Positions 15,557-26,075 of a stretch of DNA of 64,000 nucleotides are shown here, one piece after another. A model generated the notes under the pieces. It was not told the origin of the DNA. It made no database searches and saw nothing but the letters and a program-made list of their open reading frames with translations. The stretch is taken from assembly GCA_963674735.2 (NCBI GenBank), contig CAXXQS010000001.1, positions 192,001-256,000 of the forward strand. Direction: 5' to 3'. Made by a program: the position numbers and the translations under genes. The stretch comes from Myxococcota bacterium (GTDB lineage: Bacteria; Myxococcota_A; SURF-8). Position 1 is the first letter of the stretch; every line of letters begins with the position of its first letter.

Positions 15557-18289
15557 ATGAATGACAAGAGTGACCAAAGCGGCCGGACGGTATACCTGAT
15601 CGATTCCTCAGGCTATATCTTCAGAGCCTATCATGCAATTCGCGGTAATCTCAGTATGGCCGACGGAACGCCCACCCAGGCTGTCTACGGCTTTACCACC
15701 ATGCTGTTGAAGCTGATAAGGGAAGAGCAACCTTATTGGCTGGTGCCGGTGTTCGATGTTTCCCGACGTTCGTTTCGCCAGGATTTACTGCCGAGTTACA
15801 AAGCCAATCGCCCCCCGGCGCCGGAAGATCTGATCGCCCAGATTCCCTTGATCCACGATGTCGTGGAGGCTTTTGGCTTCCCGGCTGTCGAGTTGGAGGG
15901 CTTCGAGGCGGATGATGTGATTGGAACGCTGGCTGAAAAGCTGGCCGGGGAGGGGTATGAGGTCCGAATCGTCACCAGTGACAAGGATTTCATGCAATTG
16001 GTGAGCGAGCGAATTCGCCTGGTGGACACCTGGAAAAACAAGGTTGTCCGCGAGCCGGAGGTTCTGGAGCGTTTCGGTGTGGAACCGGGCCGGGTGATCG
16101 ATGTAATGGGATTGGCGGGTGACACCAGCGATAATGTTCCGGGTGTGCCGGGTATCGGGGAGAAAACCGCTTCCCAGTTGATACAGGAGTTCGGCAGCCT
16201 GGAAGCCGTACTGGAAAACATCGATCGGGTGAAGGGGACCAAGCGCAAGCAGAACCTGCATGAAAACGCCGAGATGGCCAAATTGTCGAAGGATCTGGTT
16301 ACCATTCGGCGGGATGCCCCGGTATCGATCGATCTGGATAATTACGTTGTGCGTCCCCCCGACTCGGAACGCCTGGTTCCGCTTTTCACCCGCTTGGAGT
16401 TTCGCACTCTACTCAAAACGTTGAATGATTCCATGTCATCCGAGGATGAGACGGTTTCTGAGCCAGCCCCGGAATCGGCTCTCGATCGTTCTCAATATGT
16501 TTTGGTTTCGGATGTCGCGGGATTGGATAAACTGATCGAAACGCTGGATAAAAGCTCTCTGATCGCTTTCGATACGGAAACACGCGGTAAAAACCCGCTG
16601 ATGTCCGACCCCTTGGTGGGGATGTCGTTTTCTCCCAGTGAGGGTGAAGCCTACTATGTACCGGTGGCTCATAGCTTTCCTGGAACGGTGCAAGTTCCCA
16701 AAGCCGAGGTTTTGCAGCGCCTGAGACTGGTCTTCGAGAATCCCGATAAGACCTGGATCATGCAAAACGCCAAGTTCGACTTGCAGGTGATGCATCAGGA
16801 GGGTGTGACCTTTGCCGGGACGGTCGAGGACACCATGCTGATGTCCTATGCGGAAAATCCGGCTCAGCGGCAGCATGGTCTGGATTATCTGGCCATGGAC
16901 TGCCTGGGGCATGCCATGATCCCCTTTTCGGAAGTCTGCGGGAAGGGCAAGAATCAGATTACCTTCGATCAAGTCGATATCCAAACGGCGCTCGGCTATG
17001 CCGCCGAGGATGCCGATGCTACTTACCGCTTATATCACGTGTTGGCTCCCCGCTTGGAGGAAGCCGGCCTGATGGAGCTTTACACTGCCCTGGAACGTCC
17101 GCTGGCAGCCGTTTTGGAAAGAATGGAACGCGCCGGTTTTCTAGTGGATCGTGCGGGGCTTGAAGCGCTGACTCGCCGTTTCGACGAACTGCTGGTCGGA
17201 ATGGAAACCGAGATTTACGAATTGGCCGAGGGCCCGTTCAACATCAACAGTACGCAGCAATTGGCCGAAATCCTGTTTGATAAACTGGGATTGCCGCATG
17301 GACGCAAAACCAAAACCGGTTACAGTACCGATTCGTCGGTGCTTGAAAACCTGGCGGGACGTCATCCGCTACCGGCCAAAATCCTGGAATATCGACAGGC
17401 TGCCAAGCTGAAAAGCACTTATACCGATGCCTTGATTCGTCTGATCAATCCCGACACCGGTCGCGTGCATACCAGTTTCAACCAAACGGTGACGCTGACC
17501 GGACGCTTGTCGTCCTCCGACCCGAATCTGCAGAACATTCCCGTGCGCACCGAAGCGGGTCGTCTGATTCGACGCGCCTTCATCGCGCCTCCGGGATCGG
17601 TGTTGCTGGCCGCCGACTACTCGCAGGTGGAACTGCGCATCCTGGCTCACCTGAGCGGGGATCCGATCATGACCGATGCCTTCGAAAAAGGCGAAGACGT
17701 GCATACGCGCACGGCGGCGGAAGTCTTCGATACCATGGCTGTTTTGGTCGATCGTGAAATGCGGCGACGCGCCAAGGCGGTAAATTTCGGTATCGTATAC
17801 GGCCAAACGGCCTTCGGGCTGGCGGGGTCGCTGGGTATCCCGCAACGTGAAGCCAAGACGATTATCGACAATTATTTTGCCCGCTACAGCGGGGTTAAAA
17901 CCTACATCGATGAACAGCAGGAGCGGGCGCTACGCGAAAAAGAAGTTCGCACTCTGTTTGGTCGTCGTATTCCGTTGCCCGATATCGATGCCCGCAATCA
18001 GCAACTGCGCGGTTACAACGCCCGGGTGGCCATCAATGCCCCGATTCAGGGCACGGCGGCCGATATCATCAAAAAGGCCATGATCGTCATCGACAACGCC
18101 ATCCGGCTACGCAAACTGAAATCTCGCATGCTGCTGCAAGTACACGATGAATTGGTGTTCGAAGTGCCGGAAGCCGAACTCGACGAACTGCGGGCGCTGG
18201 TGGTGGAGAGCATGGAAGGAGCGGCCGAATTGTCGGTGTCGTTGAAAGTGGACGTGGGAGTCGGTGAAAATTGGGAGGTGGCTCACTGA
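15557..18289 (+). CDS. polA: DNA polymerase I
   Basis: 5'-3' exonuclease (EADDVIG, GDTSDNVPGVPGIGEKTA), 3'-5' exonuclease (FDTET) and polymerase motifs (DYSQVELR, AKAVNFGIVYG, QVHDELVFE). Confidence 0.99.
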   Translation: MNDKSDQSGRTVYLIDSSGYIFRAYHAIRGNLSMADGTPTQAVYGFTTMLLKLIREEQPYWLVPVFDVSRRSFRQDLLPSYKANRPPAPEDLIAQIPLIHDVVEAFGFPAVELEGFEADDVIGTLAEKLAGEGYEVRIVTSDKDFMQLVSERIRLVDTWKNKVVREPEVLERFGVEPGRVIDVMGLAGDTSDNVPGVPGIGEKTASQLIQEFGSLEAVLENIDRVKGTKRKQNLHENAEMAKLSKDLVTIRRDAPVSIDLDNYVVRPPDSERLVPLFTRLEFRTLLKTLNDSMSSEDETVSEPAPESALDRSQYVLVSDVAGLDKLIETLDKSSLIAFDTETRGKNPLMSDPLVGMSFSPSEGEAYYVPVAHSFPGTVQVPKAEVLQRLRLVFENPDKTWIMQNAKFDLQVMHQEGVTFAGTVEDTMLMSYAENPAQRQHGLDYLAMDCLGHAMIPFSEVCGKGKNQITFDQVDIQTALGYAAEDADATYRLYHVLAPRLEEAGLMELYTALERPLAAVLERMERAGFLVDRAGLEALTRRFDELLVGMETEIYELAEGPFNINSTQQLAEILFDKLGLPHGRKTKTGYSTDSSVLENLAGRHPLPAKILEYRQAAKLKSTYTDALIRLINPDTGRVHTSFNQTVTLTGRLSSSDPNLQNIPVRTEAGRLIRRAFIAPPGSVLLAADYSQVELRILAHLSGDPIMTDAFEKGEDVHTRTAAEVFDTMAVLVDREMRRRAKAVNFGIVYGQTAFGLAGSLGIPQREAKTIIDNYFARYSGVKTYIDEQQERALREKEVRTLFGRRIPLPDIDARNQQLRGYNARVAINAPIQGTAADIIKKAMIVIDNAIRLRKLKSRMLLQVHDELVFEVPEAELDELRALVVESMEGAAELSVSLKVDVGVGENWEVAH

Positions 18290-18449
18290 GGGTTAGACGA
18301 AAAAGCTTTCGTTTTCACCTCCGATTACGGTAAAAATAACGATCCGGCTCCAGTCGGGACGATCGCCTCTTAATAAACAGGCGAACTCGGCAGCCCGAAA
18401 ATGAAAACAGGCCGTCCGGAATGGTCGGGACGGTGAAAGGATAGGTGGT

Positions 18450-19469
18450 ATGCAGGACAACATCCGTAACGCGAAAGACGAGGCGCTGGAGTTGGTGGCC
18501 GCTTGTGCCGATGAGGCCGAGTTGGAAAACTGCCGTGTTAAAACACTCGGGAAAAAAGGAAGCATTTCCCTTTTGATGAAACTACTGGGAAAGGCGGACC
18601 CGAGTGAGCGCAAGGCTATCGGACAGATGGTCAATGAAGCCAAGGCTGCGGTGCAAGACGCCATCGATGAACGGCGGGCTGTGCTGATCGAATCGCGCTA
18701 TGAAGGTTTGGCCGAGCGAGAATGGATCGACTTGACCTTGCCGGGAGACAAACCGGTCACGGGACATATTCACCCCATTTTCGCCGTTCAACGGGAGTTG
18801 GAAGGGATCTTTACTTCCATGGGATTCGAAGTTCTCGATGGACCGGAAGTAGAGACGGATTACAACAACTTCGAAGCGTTGAATATCCCGCCGGATCATC
18901 CGGCGCGGGATATGCAGGATACCTTCTGGACCGAAGACCGCAATCTGCTACGCACGCATACGTCGTGTATCCAGGTGCGTGGTATGGCTGAACGGCGTCC
19001 GCCGCTGCGATTGATCGCGCCGGGACGGGTTTTCCGCTACGAGGATATCGACGCCAGCCACGAAAACACGTTTTGGCAGATGGAAGGCCTGATGGTCGAC
19101 CGGGGTATTTCGGTGGCGCACCTGATCCATTTCATGAAATCGCTTTTACGCGAAATTTTCCACACCGATATGAAGATTCGTTTGCGTCCCGGCTACTTTC
19201 CGTTTGTGGAGCCGGGATTTGAACTGGATATCGAGTGTCAGGTTTGCCACGGCTCGGGTTGTTCGGTATGCAAGCAGACCGGCTGGGTGGAGCTGCTACC
19301 CTGTGGACTGGTGCATCCCAACGTGTTGTCGATGGCCAATATCGATCCGGATACCTATTCCGGTTTCGCATTCGGACTGGGGCTCAGTCGTCTGGTGATG
19401 ATGCGTTACGGGATCGATGACATCCGGCACTTTTTGTCGGGAGATCTGCGCTTCGTGCGGCAATTTTAA
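18450..19469 (+). CDS. pheS: Phenylalanine-tRNA ligase alpha subunit
   Basis: HPARDMQDTF, LRTHTS, GYFPFVEP and GFAFGLG motifs. Confidence 0.98.
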   Translation: MQDNIRNAKDEALELVAACADEAELENCRVKTLGKKGSISLLMKLLGKADPSERKAIGQMVNEAKAAVQDAIDERRAVLIESRYEGLAEREWIDLTLPGDKPVTGHIHPIFAVQRELEGIFTSMGFEVLDGPEVETDYNNFEALNIPPDHPARDMQDTFWTEDRNLLRTHTSCIQVRGMAERRPPLRLIAPGRVFRYEDIDASHENTFWQMEGLMVDRGISVAHLIHFMKSLLREIFHTDMKIRLRPGYFPFVEPGFELDIECQVCHGSGCSVCKQTGWVELLPCGLVHPNVLSMANIDPDTYSGFAFGLGLSRLVMMRYGIDDIRHFLSGDLRFVRQF

Positions 19470-19513
19470 AACAGTCGCCCGCCGTCTAGGCAGGCGGGCA
19501 AGGAGCAAATACG

Positions 19514-21904
19514 TTGAATATCTCGCTTAATTGGATCAAGGACTTTGTCGACCTGGGCTTGCTCAGTGCGGAAGACGTCCGCGATCGTATCACGATCAGT
19601 ACGGCGGAGGTGGAAGGTGTTGAGTCGGTCGGCGCGCACTTTACGCAGATCGTGACGGCGCGGGTCGTGGAAGTGAACCCGCATCCCAACGCGGATAAAC
19701 TCAAACTGGTTCGCGTAGCGGATGGTCTGGGCGAGATGGAAGTTGTCTGCGGCGCGCCTAATGTGGCTGTTGGACAAGTGATCGCTTTGGCCAAAGCCGG
19801 TGCCGATCTTCCCTCAGGACGCTTGCAGGCCTCCACGATTCGCGGCGTGCGTTCGGAAGGCATGATCTGTGCCGAGGATGAACTGGGGCTCTCCGACAAT
19901 CATGATGGCGTGCTGGTGCTTCCTGAAGGAACCCAGGTCGGTCTAACACTCGACAAGATTCTGGGTGCTCCCGATATCGTGCTGGAAGTCGATAACAAGT
20001 CTTTGACCCATCGTCCCGACTTGTGGGGGCATGTGGGTTTTGCACGGGAGTTTTCGGCGGTTTACAAACGACCGTTCAACTGGTCGGTAGATCAGAGTAT
20101 GTTGAAGGCCGCTTCGAATCCCGATCCGTTGCGCATCGATAACCGTGTGCCCGAGTTGTGCCCCCGGTACTCGGCGTTGGTGGTTCGAAACGTGTTTGTG
20201 GCACCTTCTCCAGAATGGCTGCAGCAGCGCCTGCGAGCGGTGGGACTGCGCCCCATCAACAATCTGGTGGATGTGACCAATTACGTTATGCTGGAATTGG
20301 GTCAGCCCATGCATGCCTTCGACCGGCGTCAGATCGCGGGTGATTGCATCGTGATCCGTCAAGCGGAAGCGGGCGAGCGTTTCACCACCCTGGATGAACA
20401 AGAGCATGAACTGATCGCCGATGACATCATAATTGCCGACTCGGAGCGTGCCGTGGCTCTGGGGGGTGTTATGGGTGGCTTGAATAGTGAAATCGTGCCT
20501 GACACCACGTGTGTGGTGCTCGAATCGGCCAACTTCCAGCCGACTCATATTCGTCGCACGGCCAATCGGCTCGGTTTGCGGACGGATTCGGCCATGCGCT
20601 TCGAGAAAGGCCAGGATCCGGCCATCACCCGTGCTTCGATCGCTCGGGCGGTGGAACTGATTCGCCTGACCTGTCCGGAAGCCGAGGTCGGCTCGGAGTT
20701 CCTCGACTCCTGGTCTGCTCCGCCCGAACCGGTGCTGATCGAGATCGATTTCGAGCATATTCACGAGCGTTTGGGTGAGCGTCTGCCAGAAGAAAAGATC
20801 ATCGACATTCTGGAACGATTGCATTTCACTGTCGAGCGTGTCGGCGTGTCCGGCTTGCGGATGCGGGTGCCCAGTTATCGCGCCACCCGCGATGTGAGTA
20901 TCAAGGCCGATATCGTGGAGGAAATCGGGCGGATTTTCGGTTACGACAACATTACGCCGATTCCGCCCAAAGTCTTGTCCGATCCGCCGCGCCACAACGA
21001 ACTGCGGCGTTTCGAATGGGACGTTCGCGACATCATGGCTGCCCGTCTGGGTTTCGACGAAGTCAGCAACTATTCGTTTGTCGCGAAAAAATCCGTGGAA
21101 AATTGCGGTTTGGACCCGGAGCCGTTGCTGCGATTGCAAAATCCGCTTTCGCACGATCTCGACCGCTTGCGCGGAAGTCTTGTCCCACATATGGTCGAAA
21201 ATGTGGTTACCAACCAGAAGCGGCTGGAAGTTTTCCGGTTTTTTGAATTAGGCAAAGTTACCCACAAATCCGATCGCGCCTCGCGGGATCTGGCCGAGCA
21301 GAATCTGCGCTTGGCGGGCGTGGTTGTCGAAGCGAGCGAAACTCCGTATTATACGGTCAAAGGTGCGGTGGAATCGCTGGCCAGCCAATTGGATCTGGAT
21401 GGGTTAGCCTGGATTCCCGATACCGACGCCCCTCCCTGGCTGCATCCGGGTCGGGCAGTCCGGCTCGAAAGCCCCGACGGTCTTCTCGGTTGGTTTGGTG
21501 AATTGCATCCACGTGTCGCCGATGCCTTTGAGGTACGCGGGCGTGTGGGTATTTTCGACTTCGACGCAGATCGCTTGTTTGGCGCATCGAAAAAAGAGAT
21601 GCATTTTAAACATCTGCGCCGTTTTCCGGTGAACCCGATCGAGATTACGGCCGTTTGCGATACACGGACGCCGGTCGGCGAGGTAGCTCGCCTGATTGAA
21701 GAAGTCGGCGGCGAATTTTTGGTGGAGTCGCGTTTTCTCTATTTGTATGAAGGCGAGCATCTGGATGCGGGTAAGAAGGCTGTCACTTATCACGTTGTGT
21801 TCGGTGCAGACGATCGGACATTGGGGCGTGAAGAAGTTGCCGGATTGCACGAACGTCTGGCGGTCCGCCTGCGCGAGGCCGGAATGCCGTTACGTGGCGA
21901 GTAA
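19514..21904 (+). CDS. pheT: Phenylalanine-tRNA ligase beta subunit
   Basis: TTG start with an AGGAG RBS; HPNADKL, VCGAPN, RPINNLVDVTNY, DIVEEIGRIFGY. Confidence 0.97.
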   Translation: MNISLNWIKDFVDLGLLSAEDVRDRITISTAEVEGVESVGAHFTQIVTARVVEVNPHPNADKLKLVRVADGLGEMEVVCGAPNVAVGQVIALAKAGADLPSGRLQASTIRGVRSEGMICAEDELGLSDNHDGVLVLPEGTQVGLTLDKILGAPDIVLEVDNKSLTHRPDLWGHVGFAREFSAVYKRPFNWSVDQSMLKAASNPDPLRIDNRVPELCPRYSALVVRNVFVAPSPEWLQQRLRAVGLRPINNLVDVTNYVMLELGQPMHAFDRRQIAGDCIVIRQAEAGERFTTLDEQEHELIADDIIIADSERAVALGGVMGGLNSEIVPDTTCVVLESANFQPTHIRRTANRLGLRTDSAMRFEKGQDPAITRASIARAVELIRLTCPEAEVGSEFLDSWSAPPEPVLIEIDFEHIHERLGERLPEEKIIDILERLHFTVERVGVSGLRMRVPSYRATRDVSIKADIVEEIGRIFGYDNITPIPPKVLSDPPRHNELRRFEWDVRDIMAARLGFDEVSNYSFVAKKSVENCGLDPEPLLRLQNPLSHDLDRLRGSLVPHMVENVVTNQKRLEVFRFFELGKVTHKSDRASRDLAEQNLRLAGVVVEASETPYYTVKGAVESLASQLDLDGLAWIPDTDAPPWLHPGRAVRLESPDGLLGWFGELHPRVADAFEVRGRVGIFDFDADRLFGASKKEMHFKHLRRFPVNPIEITAVCDTRTPVGEVARLIEEVGGEFLVESRFLYLYEGEHLDAGKKAVTYHVVFGADDRTLGREEVAGLHERLAVRLREAGMPLRGE

Positions 21905-21963
21905 ATATAACCTGTTCACGCGACGATGCTACGGTATCATTGGGTCGCCGGTGGCGAATTGAG

Positions 21964-22884
21964 ATGGAGAAGCATGTGCCGATCAGTATGACGAAAATGA
22001 GCCGGTTTGCGTTGATGGTTTTGGTCTTAGCGCTGGCGTTGTGGGGGATGGTGGCGACAGCCGGATGCGATGCAAAGGCCGTCACGGAAACCGTGGTACG
22101 GGTGCTGGTTGGACAGGAAGGTGGTACCGTGCTGGGGCCCAAAGGGACCAAGATCATCTTTCCGGTTGGAGCAGTGGAGGATGATTGGATTATTTCGGTT
22201 CAGGAACTGCCGTGCGAACAGGTGCCGGGAAACGGTGATCTGCGGATGCTTTCGGTCGCGTTGCTTATTCAGCCCGAAGGCTTGATATTCAAACGACCGG
22301 TGACCGTGGAAATGCCCTATACCCGTGGGACATTGACGCTGGCCCAGCAGAAAAACCAGATCACCCCTTACATCGCTCCGGTTTTCAGTCCTTACTGGAT
22401 GGCGGCTGATGGCGCCGTACAGATCAACTCGCATACCATTCGTGTCGATACCACCCATTTCGGTGTGTTCGGACTCTTTTTCGACCCCACACCGGAGCCG
22501 GATGGCGATTCGGATGTGGAGGAAGAGGTCAACATCGACGATTGTTCGTGTACGGATTGGCTTGGCGAATGGTGCCCGGAATCATCGGGTTGCGATGGTC
22601 TCACCGCAATTACGCTCGATGCGCCCGAAGGCTCCGGATGCGCGTTTCCCATGCGTTTGATCGACGAAAACGGGGATATCCGACTTGAATGGCTGATCGA
22701 AAATTGCACCGATCCCGATTCTATCTCCTTGGTCGTTGACGAGGGGGTAGAATGCATTCTACAATACTCGGAAGAACGGAATACCCTGGATCTGGACTGC
22801 CCGTCCTGCGCCGAGTCGTATGGACAGGCTTATTGCGGCAGCGCCGCTGACGGGGATTATGACGCGGAATCCGAAACCCCATAA
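21964..22884 (+). CDS. Lipoprotein with a ZU5-like domain and Cys-rich C-terminus
   Basis: Lipobox TAG-C; GQEGGTV..IFPVGAV..QPEGLIFKRPVTVEMPY..TTHFGVFGL is a ZU5-like signature. The start codon is uncertain. Confidence 0.7.
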   Translation: MEKHVPISMTKMSRFALMVLVLALALWGMVATAGCDAKAVTETVVRVLVGQEGGTVLGPKGTKIIFPVGAVEDDWIISVQELPCEQVPGNGDLRMLSVALLIQPEGLIFKRPVTVEMPYTRGTLTLAQQKNQITPYIAPVFSPYWMAADGAVQINSHTIRVDTTHFGVFGLFFDPTPEPDGDSDVEEEVNIDDCSCTDWLGEWCPESSGCDGLTAITLDAPEGSGCAFPMRLIDENGDIRLEWLIENCTDPDSISLVVDEGVECILQYSEERNTLDLDCPSCAESYGQAYCGSAADGDYDAESETP

Positions 22885-24196
22885 GTTTCTGGCTACTTTC
22901 CTCCTATTGACAGGGCTAGTGTCGGCCCTTGTCTGCGGGTGTTCCGGTTCGTCCGATGCGCCTCCCGCCGATGCCGACGACGGTGCGGGCGACGCGGATG
23001 TGACCGATCCCGATACCGCTCCCCCCGATGGAGATCTCGACTCCGAAACGTCTGGCGATACCGATCCGGAGAGTGACGGCGATGCCGACTGCGAGGCCAA
23101 CGCCTGCGGTCTCTGCGAAGGGATTCCTGTTGAAGGGGTGGGGGATGACTGCGGAACTTGCGGTGTAGTCCGTTGCAACGACGACGGGATCAGTACGTAT
23201 TGCGATGATCCCGGTCTGAATGCCTGTGAGGTCTGTGGTCCGGCGATTGAGAATCTCGGAGATGACTGCGGAGCATGCGGCACACGTGTGTGCGCCCCGA
23301 ACGGCCAGGCCTCCATCTGCAACGATCCGGGCACCAATGAATGCGGGTCTTGCGGCGAGGCTTTACCCGAGCTGGGGCAAAGTTGCGAAACGCAGGCCGG
23401 TTGTCTGGGGACTTACATCTGTGCACAAAACGGTTTGGAATTGGTTTGCGATGCACCGCTGCCGAATCAATGTGGCCTGTGCGGAGGGCCTGATTTGGCG
23501 GAAGTGGGTCAAAGCTGTGTGAATCCTGCGGGTTGTGAAACGATTTGGGTTTGTGATGAAAGCCGCATCGATGTCCGTTGCAGCGAGCAGCCGGTGCCCA
23601 ATGAGTGCGGTTTGTGCGGCGGGCCTCCCCTGGCGCAGATCGGACAGTCCTGCCAAAGCATCGATGGGTGTGCGGGCCTGTTTACCTGTAACGAAACGGG
23701 TAACGCCGCGTTGTGCAATGCTTATCTTATCAATCAGTGTTTTGTCTGTGGCCCCGATCTTCCCGAAATCGGTCAATCTTGTACCAACAGTGTGGGTTGT
23801 CCTGGAACCTATGGCTGCAATGTCGGGGGCCAGAGCTCAAAGTGTAATGCGCCGCAACGCAATCAATGCGGGGCCTGCGGCGGTCCCAACCTCACTCAAT
23901 TGGGCTTCCCTTGTACGAACACCGATGGTTGTACGGGAGTTTGGATCTGTAGTGCGACGGGCTTGTCGTTGGTTTGCGGGGCTCCGGGGATCAATGAATG
24001 CGAGGTTTGCGGGCCGGATTTGCCGGATTGGGAGGAGCCTTGTTTTGATGATGAGAGTGGTTGTCCCGGAACATGGATGTGCGCGGATGATGGGCAGTCG
24101 CTGATTTGCGATATTTCACTCTGTGCTGATGGGGATATGGAGCTCGATCAGGATGGAGAAAACGATAGCTTGGATGTGGAAAGCACAATCGAATAG
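22859..24196 (+). CDS. Cys-rich repeat lipoprotein
   Basis: Lipobox VCG-C, acidic linker, then eight 6-Cys repeats. It overlaps the upstream gene by 26 nt. Confidence 0.75.
   Translation: MTRNPKPHKFLATFLLLTGLVSALVCGCSGSSDAPPADADDGAGDADVTDPDTAPPDGDLDSETSGDTDPESDGDADCEANACGLCEGIPVEGVGDDCGTCGVVRCNDDGISTYCDDPGLNACEVCGPAIENLGDDCGACGTRVCAPNGQASICNDPGTNECGSCGEALPELGQSCETQAGCLGTYICAQNGLELVCDAPLPNQCGLCGGPDLAEVGQSCVNPAGCETIWVCDESRIDVRCSEQPVPNECGLCGGPPLAQIGQSCQSIDGCAGLFTCNETGNAALCNAYLINQCFVCGPDLPEIGQSCTNSVGCPGTYGCNVGGQSSKCNAPQRNQCGACGGPNLTQLGFPCTNTDGCTGVWICSATGLSLVCGAPGINECEVCGPDLPDWEEPCFDDESGCPGTWMCADDGQSLICDISLCADGDMELDQDGENDSLDVESTIE
23099..24126 (+). repeat. Eight tandem ~39-45 aa repeats, NxCxxC...GxxC...C...C...C
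   Basis: Units begin NACGLC, NACEVC, NECGSC, NQCGLC, NECGLC, NQCFVC, NQCGAC and NECEVC. Confidence 0.85.
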
Positions 24197-24389
24197 TTAA
24201 ATTAATTCAGTATTTTACATATTTGTGGATGATTTCGGTCGTTTTCTTTGTTTATATTGTAAGGAAAATCACCGAAAAGCCTTTCATTTTCGTCTGCTTC
24301 TCTTGATTTTTCGCCGTTTTGGAAATAGGATAGAGAACAGGTTGCAAAATTGATGCAGTCGTGACGTGTTTTGGGGTCACAGGGGAGGT

Positions 24390-26054
24390 ATGATGAAGAC
24401 TCGAGGGTGGATCGCAGTACTTCTCAGTCTTACGATAATGCTGGCGGCCGGGGTTGCTTCCGCGCAGACCAAATGGCGTCCGGATGATGCGGGACCGACT
24501 TTCGCGGATATGATGAGCCAATCGGCCAATGTGGTGTTTGCGCAAATCACCTCGGTCAGCGTCGGTTCGATCAATGTTTCGGTGGCGAAGGCGTTGAAAG
24601 GCAACGCTCACGATGAAATCCGTATTACGGGTTTCAAATCGCGTGCTTATGCCCCGGTCGACAACCTGAAAGAAACGTTCAAGGTGGGAGAAGATTATTT
24701 CTTCTTCCTCGGTGCGGCCATGGTTGGATCGGTGCCGTTCGAGCCGATTCACAAGTCGGTGGATCTCAAAGTCGAACGTGGTGTCGTGACGACTTCCGTG
24801 ATTTCTCCCATTTTTGCGAAGTATCAACACGAGATCGATTTCCAGACGATGTCGAGTTACCTGGAAGGCCTGGCTGCCGTTGAACGCCGTATGCCGGTCA
24901 ACCCGGTTTTGTTGGGGCAACTCTACGAAAAGCTCGAACAGGCGGTGGCGGATCCGCAAAGCACTATGGCGCCTACCTATCTGACGATGGTGCGCCAGCT
25001 CAATCCTCTCTATGACAACGCCAAAGTTTTTCTGTCGATGTTGGAGCATGCCGATGTCAACTGTCGGGTGCTGGCCATCCAGGAATTGACCCATTTGGCC
25101 TTGACCAAGCCGAATATGACCTTGGAGCCCAAAGAACCCGAGAACCCTAAAAAGGGAAAGAAAAAGCAATCCAAGCGTAGCAAGAAAAGGCGGAAAGCGA
25201 AAAAACAGGTGGAGCCGACCATGTCGGAGATCGCCTTCCAGCGCATCCTTTCTACTTTGAAGTCCGATCAATCGAATCTGGTGAAGTCGACGGCTGCCAT
25301 CGCCCTGGGTCGCTTGCAAAATCCCGCCGGTATCAACGAGTTGGGCGACCTGATCGATGCGTCCAACATGGACGAAGTCGAATTGTGCGAGGTTGTGCCG
25401 GTTGTGGGCGTTGAGCCGACGATGAAAGCCATCATTCGTGCCGTGGTCGAGTTTGACGACGACCGTGCGCTGGATGTTTTGGAACGCGAACTGCTGAAAA
25501 ATCGAGTGGACTCTTTCCGGGTGATCCTGGAGGTTTTCAAGGATTATTCCGATACCTCGCTGCAATTGTTGTTGCTCGATCTTCTACAAGATCGCAATTT
25601 CCTGCCGCGTCAGGTCGCGATTCTCGAATATTTTCACACCGTCAAAGACAAAGAAACCATCGATGGTTTGAAAAAGCTGTTTTTGTCGCCGGATGCCGGA
25701 TCGGAATTTATCCGCAAGAGTATCATCGAGGTGTTCGAAGACTTCCGTGAACCTAAATCAACGGGTGCCTTCGTAATCCAATACGGTCTGCACGACCCGA
25801 ATCCGGTTGTGCGCCAAGCCGCCGCCCGCTCTCTCGGAAAATTGAACGTAACCGAAGCGGTCGAAGAGTTCAAAGCCATTTACTTCAAGGAAAGCAACCG
25901 CCTGGCCCGTGAGTTTTACGTCGAAGCAATGGCGGAAATCAAGTCCCGTCTGGCTTTCGAGACGCTGAAATGGCTGCAAACCAAGGAGACCGATCCGCGC
26001 ATGCTCAAGCAGATCGCGTTTGCCCTTAAAAAGAGCCGTTATCTCTCGCAATAG
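24390..26054 (+). CDS. Exported HEAT-repeat protein
   Basis: GGAGG RBS, signal peptide ending ASA-Q, and HEAT/PBS-like repeats (DPNPVVRQAAARSLGKL, LVKSTAAIALGRL). Confidence 0.75.
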   Translation: MMKTRGWIAVLLSLTIMLAAGVASAQTKWRPDDAGPTFADMMSQSANVVFAQITSVSVGSINVSVAKALKGNAHDEIRITGFKSRAYAPVDNLKETFKVGEDYFFFLGAAMVGSVPFEPIHKSVDLKVERGVVTTSVISPIFAKYQHEIDFQTMSSYLEGLAAVERRMPVNPVLLGQLYEKLEQAVADPQSTMAPTYLTMVRQLNPLYDNAKVFLSMLEHADVNCRVLAIQELTHLALTKPNMTLEPKEPENPKKGKKKQSKRSKKRRKAKKQVEPTMSEIAFQRILSTLKSDQSNLVKSTAAIALGRLQNPAGINELGDLIDASNMDEVELCEVVPVVGVEPTMKAIIRAVVEFDDDRALDVLERELLKNRVDSFRVILEVFKDYSDTSLQLLLLDLLQDRNFLPRQVAILEYFHTVKDKETIDGLKKLFLSPDAGSEFIRKSIIEVFEDFREPKSTGAFVIQYGLHDPNPVVRQAAARSLGKLNVTEAVEEFKAIYFKESNRLAREFYVEAMAEIKSRLAFETLKWLQTKETDPRMLKQIAFALKKSRYLSQ

Positions 26055-26075
26055 GCGGTCCGCTAGTGGATCGAC

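Noticed and set aside
15111-15560. Track ORFs 15111-15302, 15262-15501 and 15315-15560
   Set aside because: They are shadows or off-frame readings of the selenoprotein gene and lack motifs.
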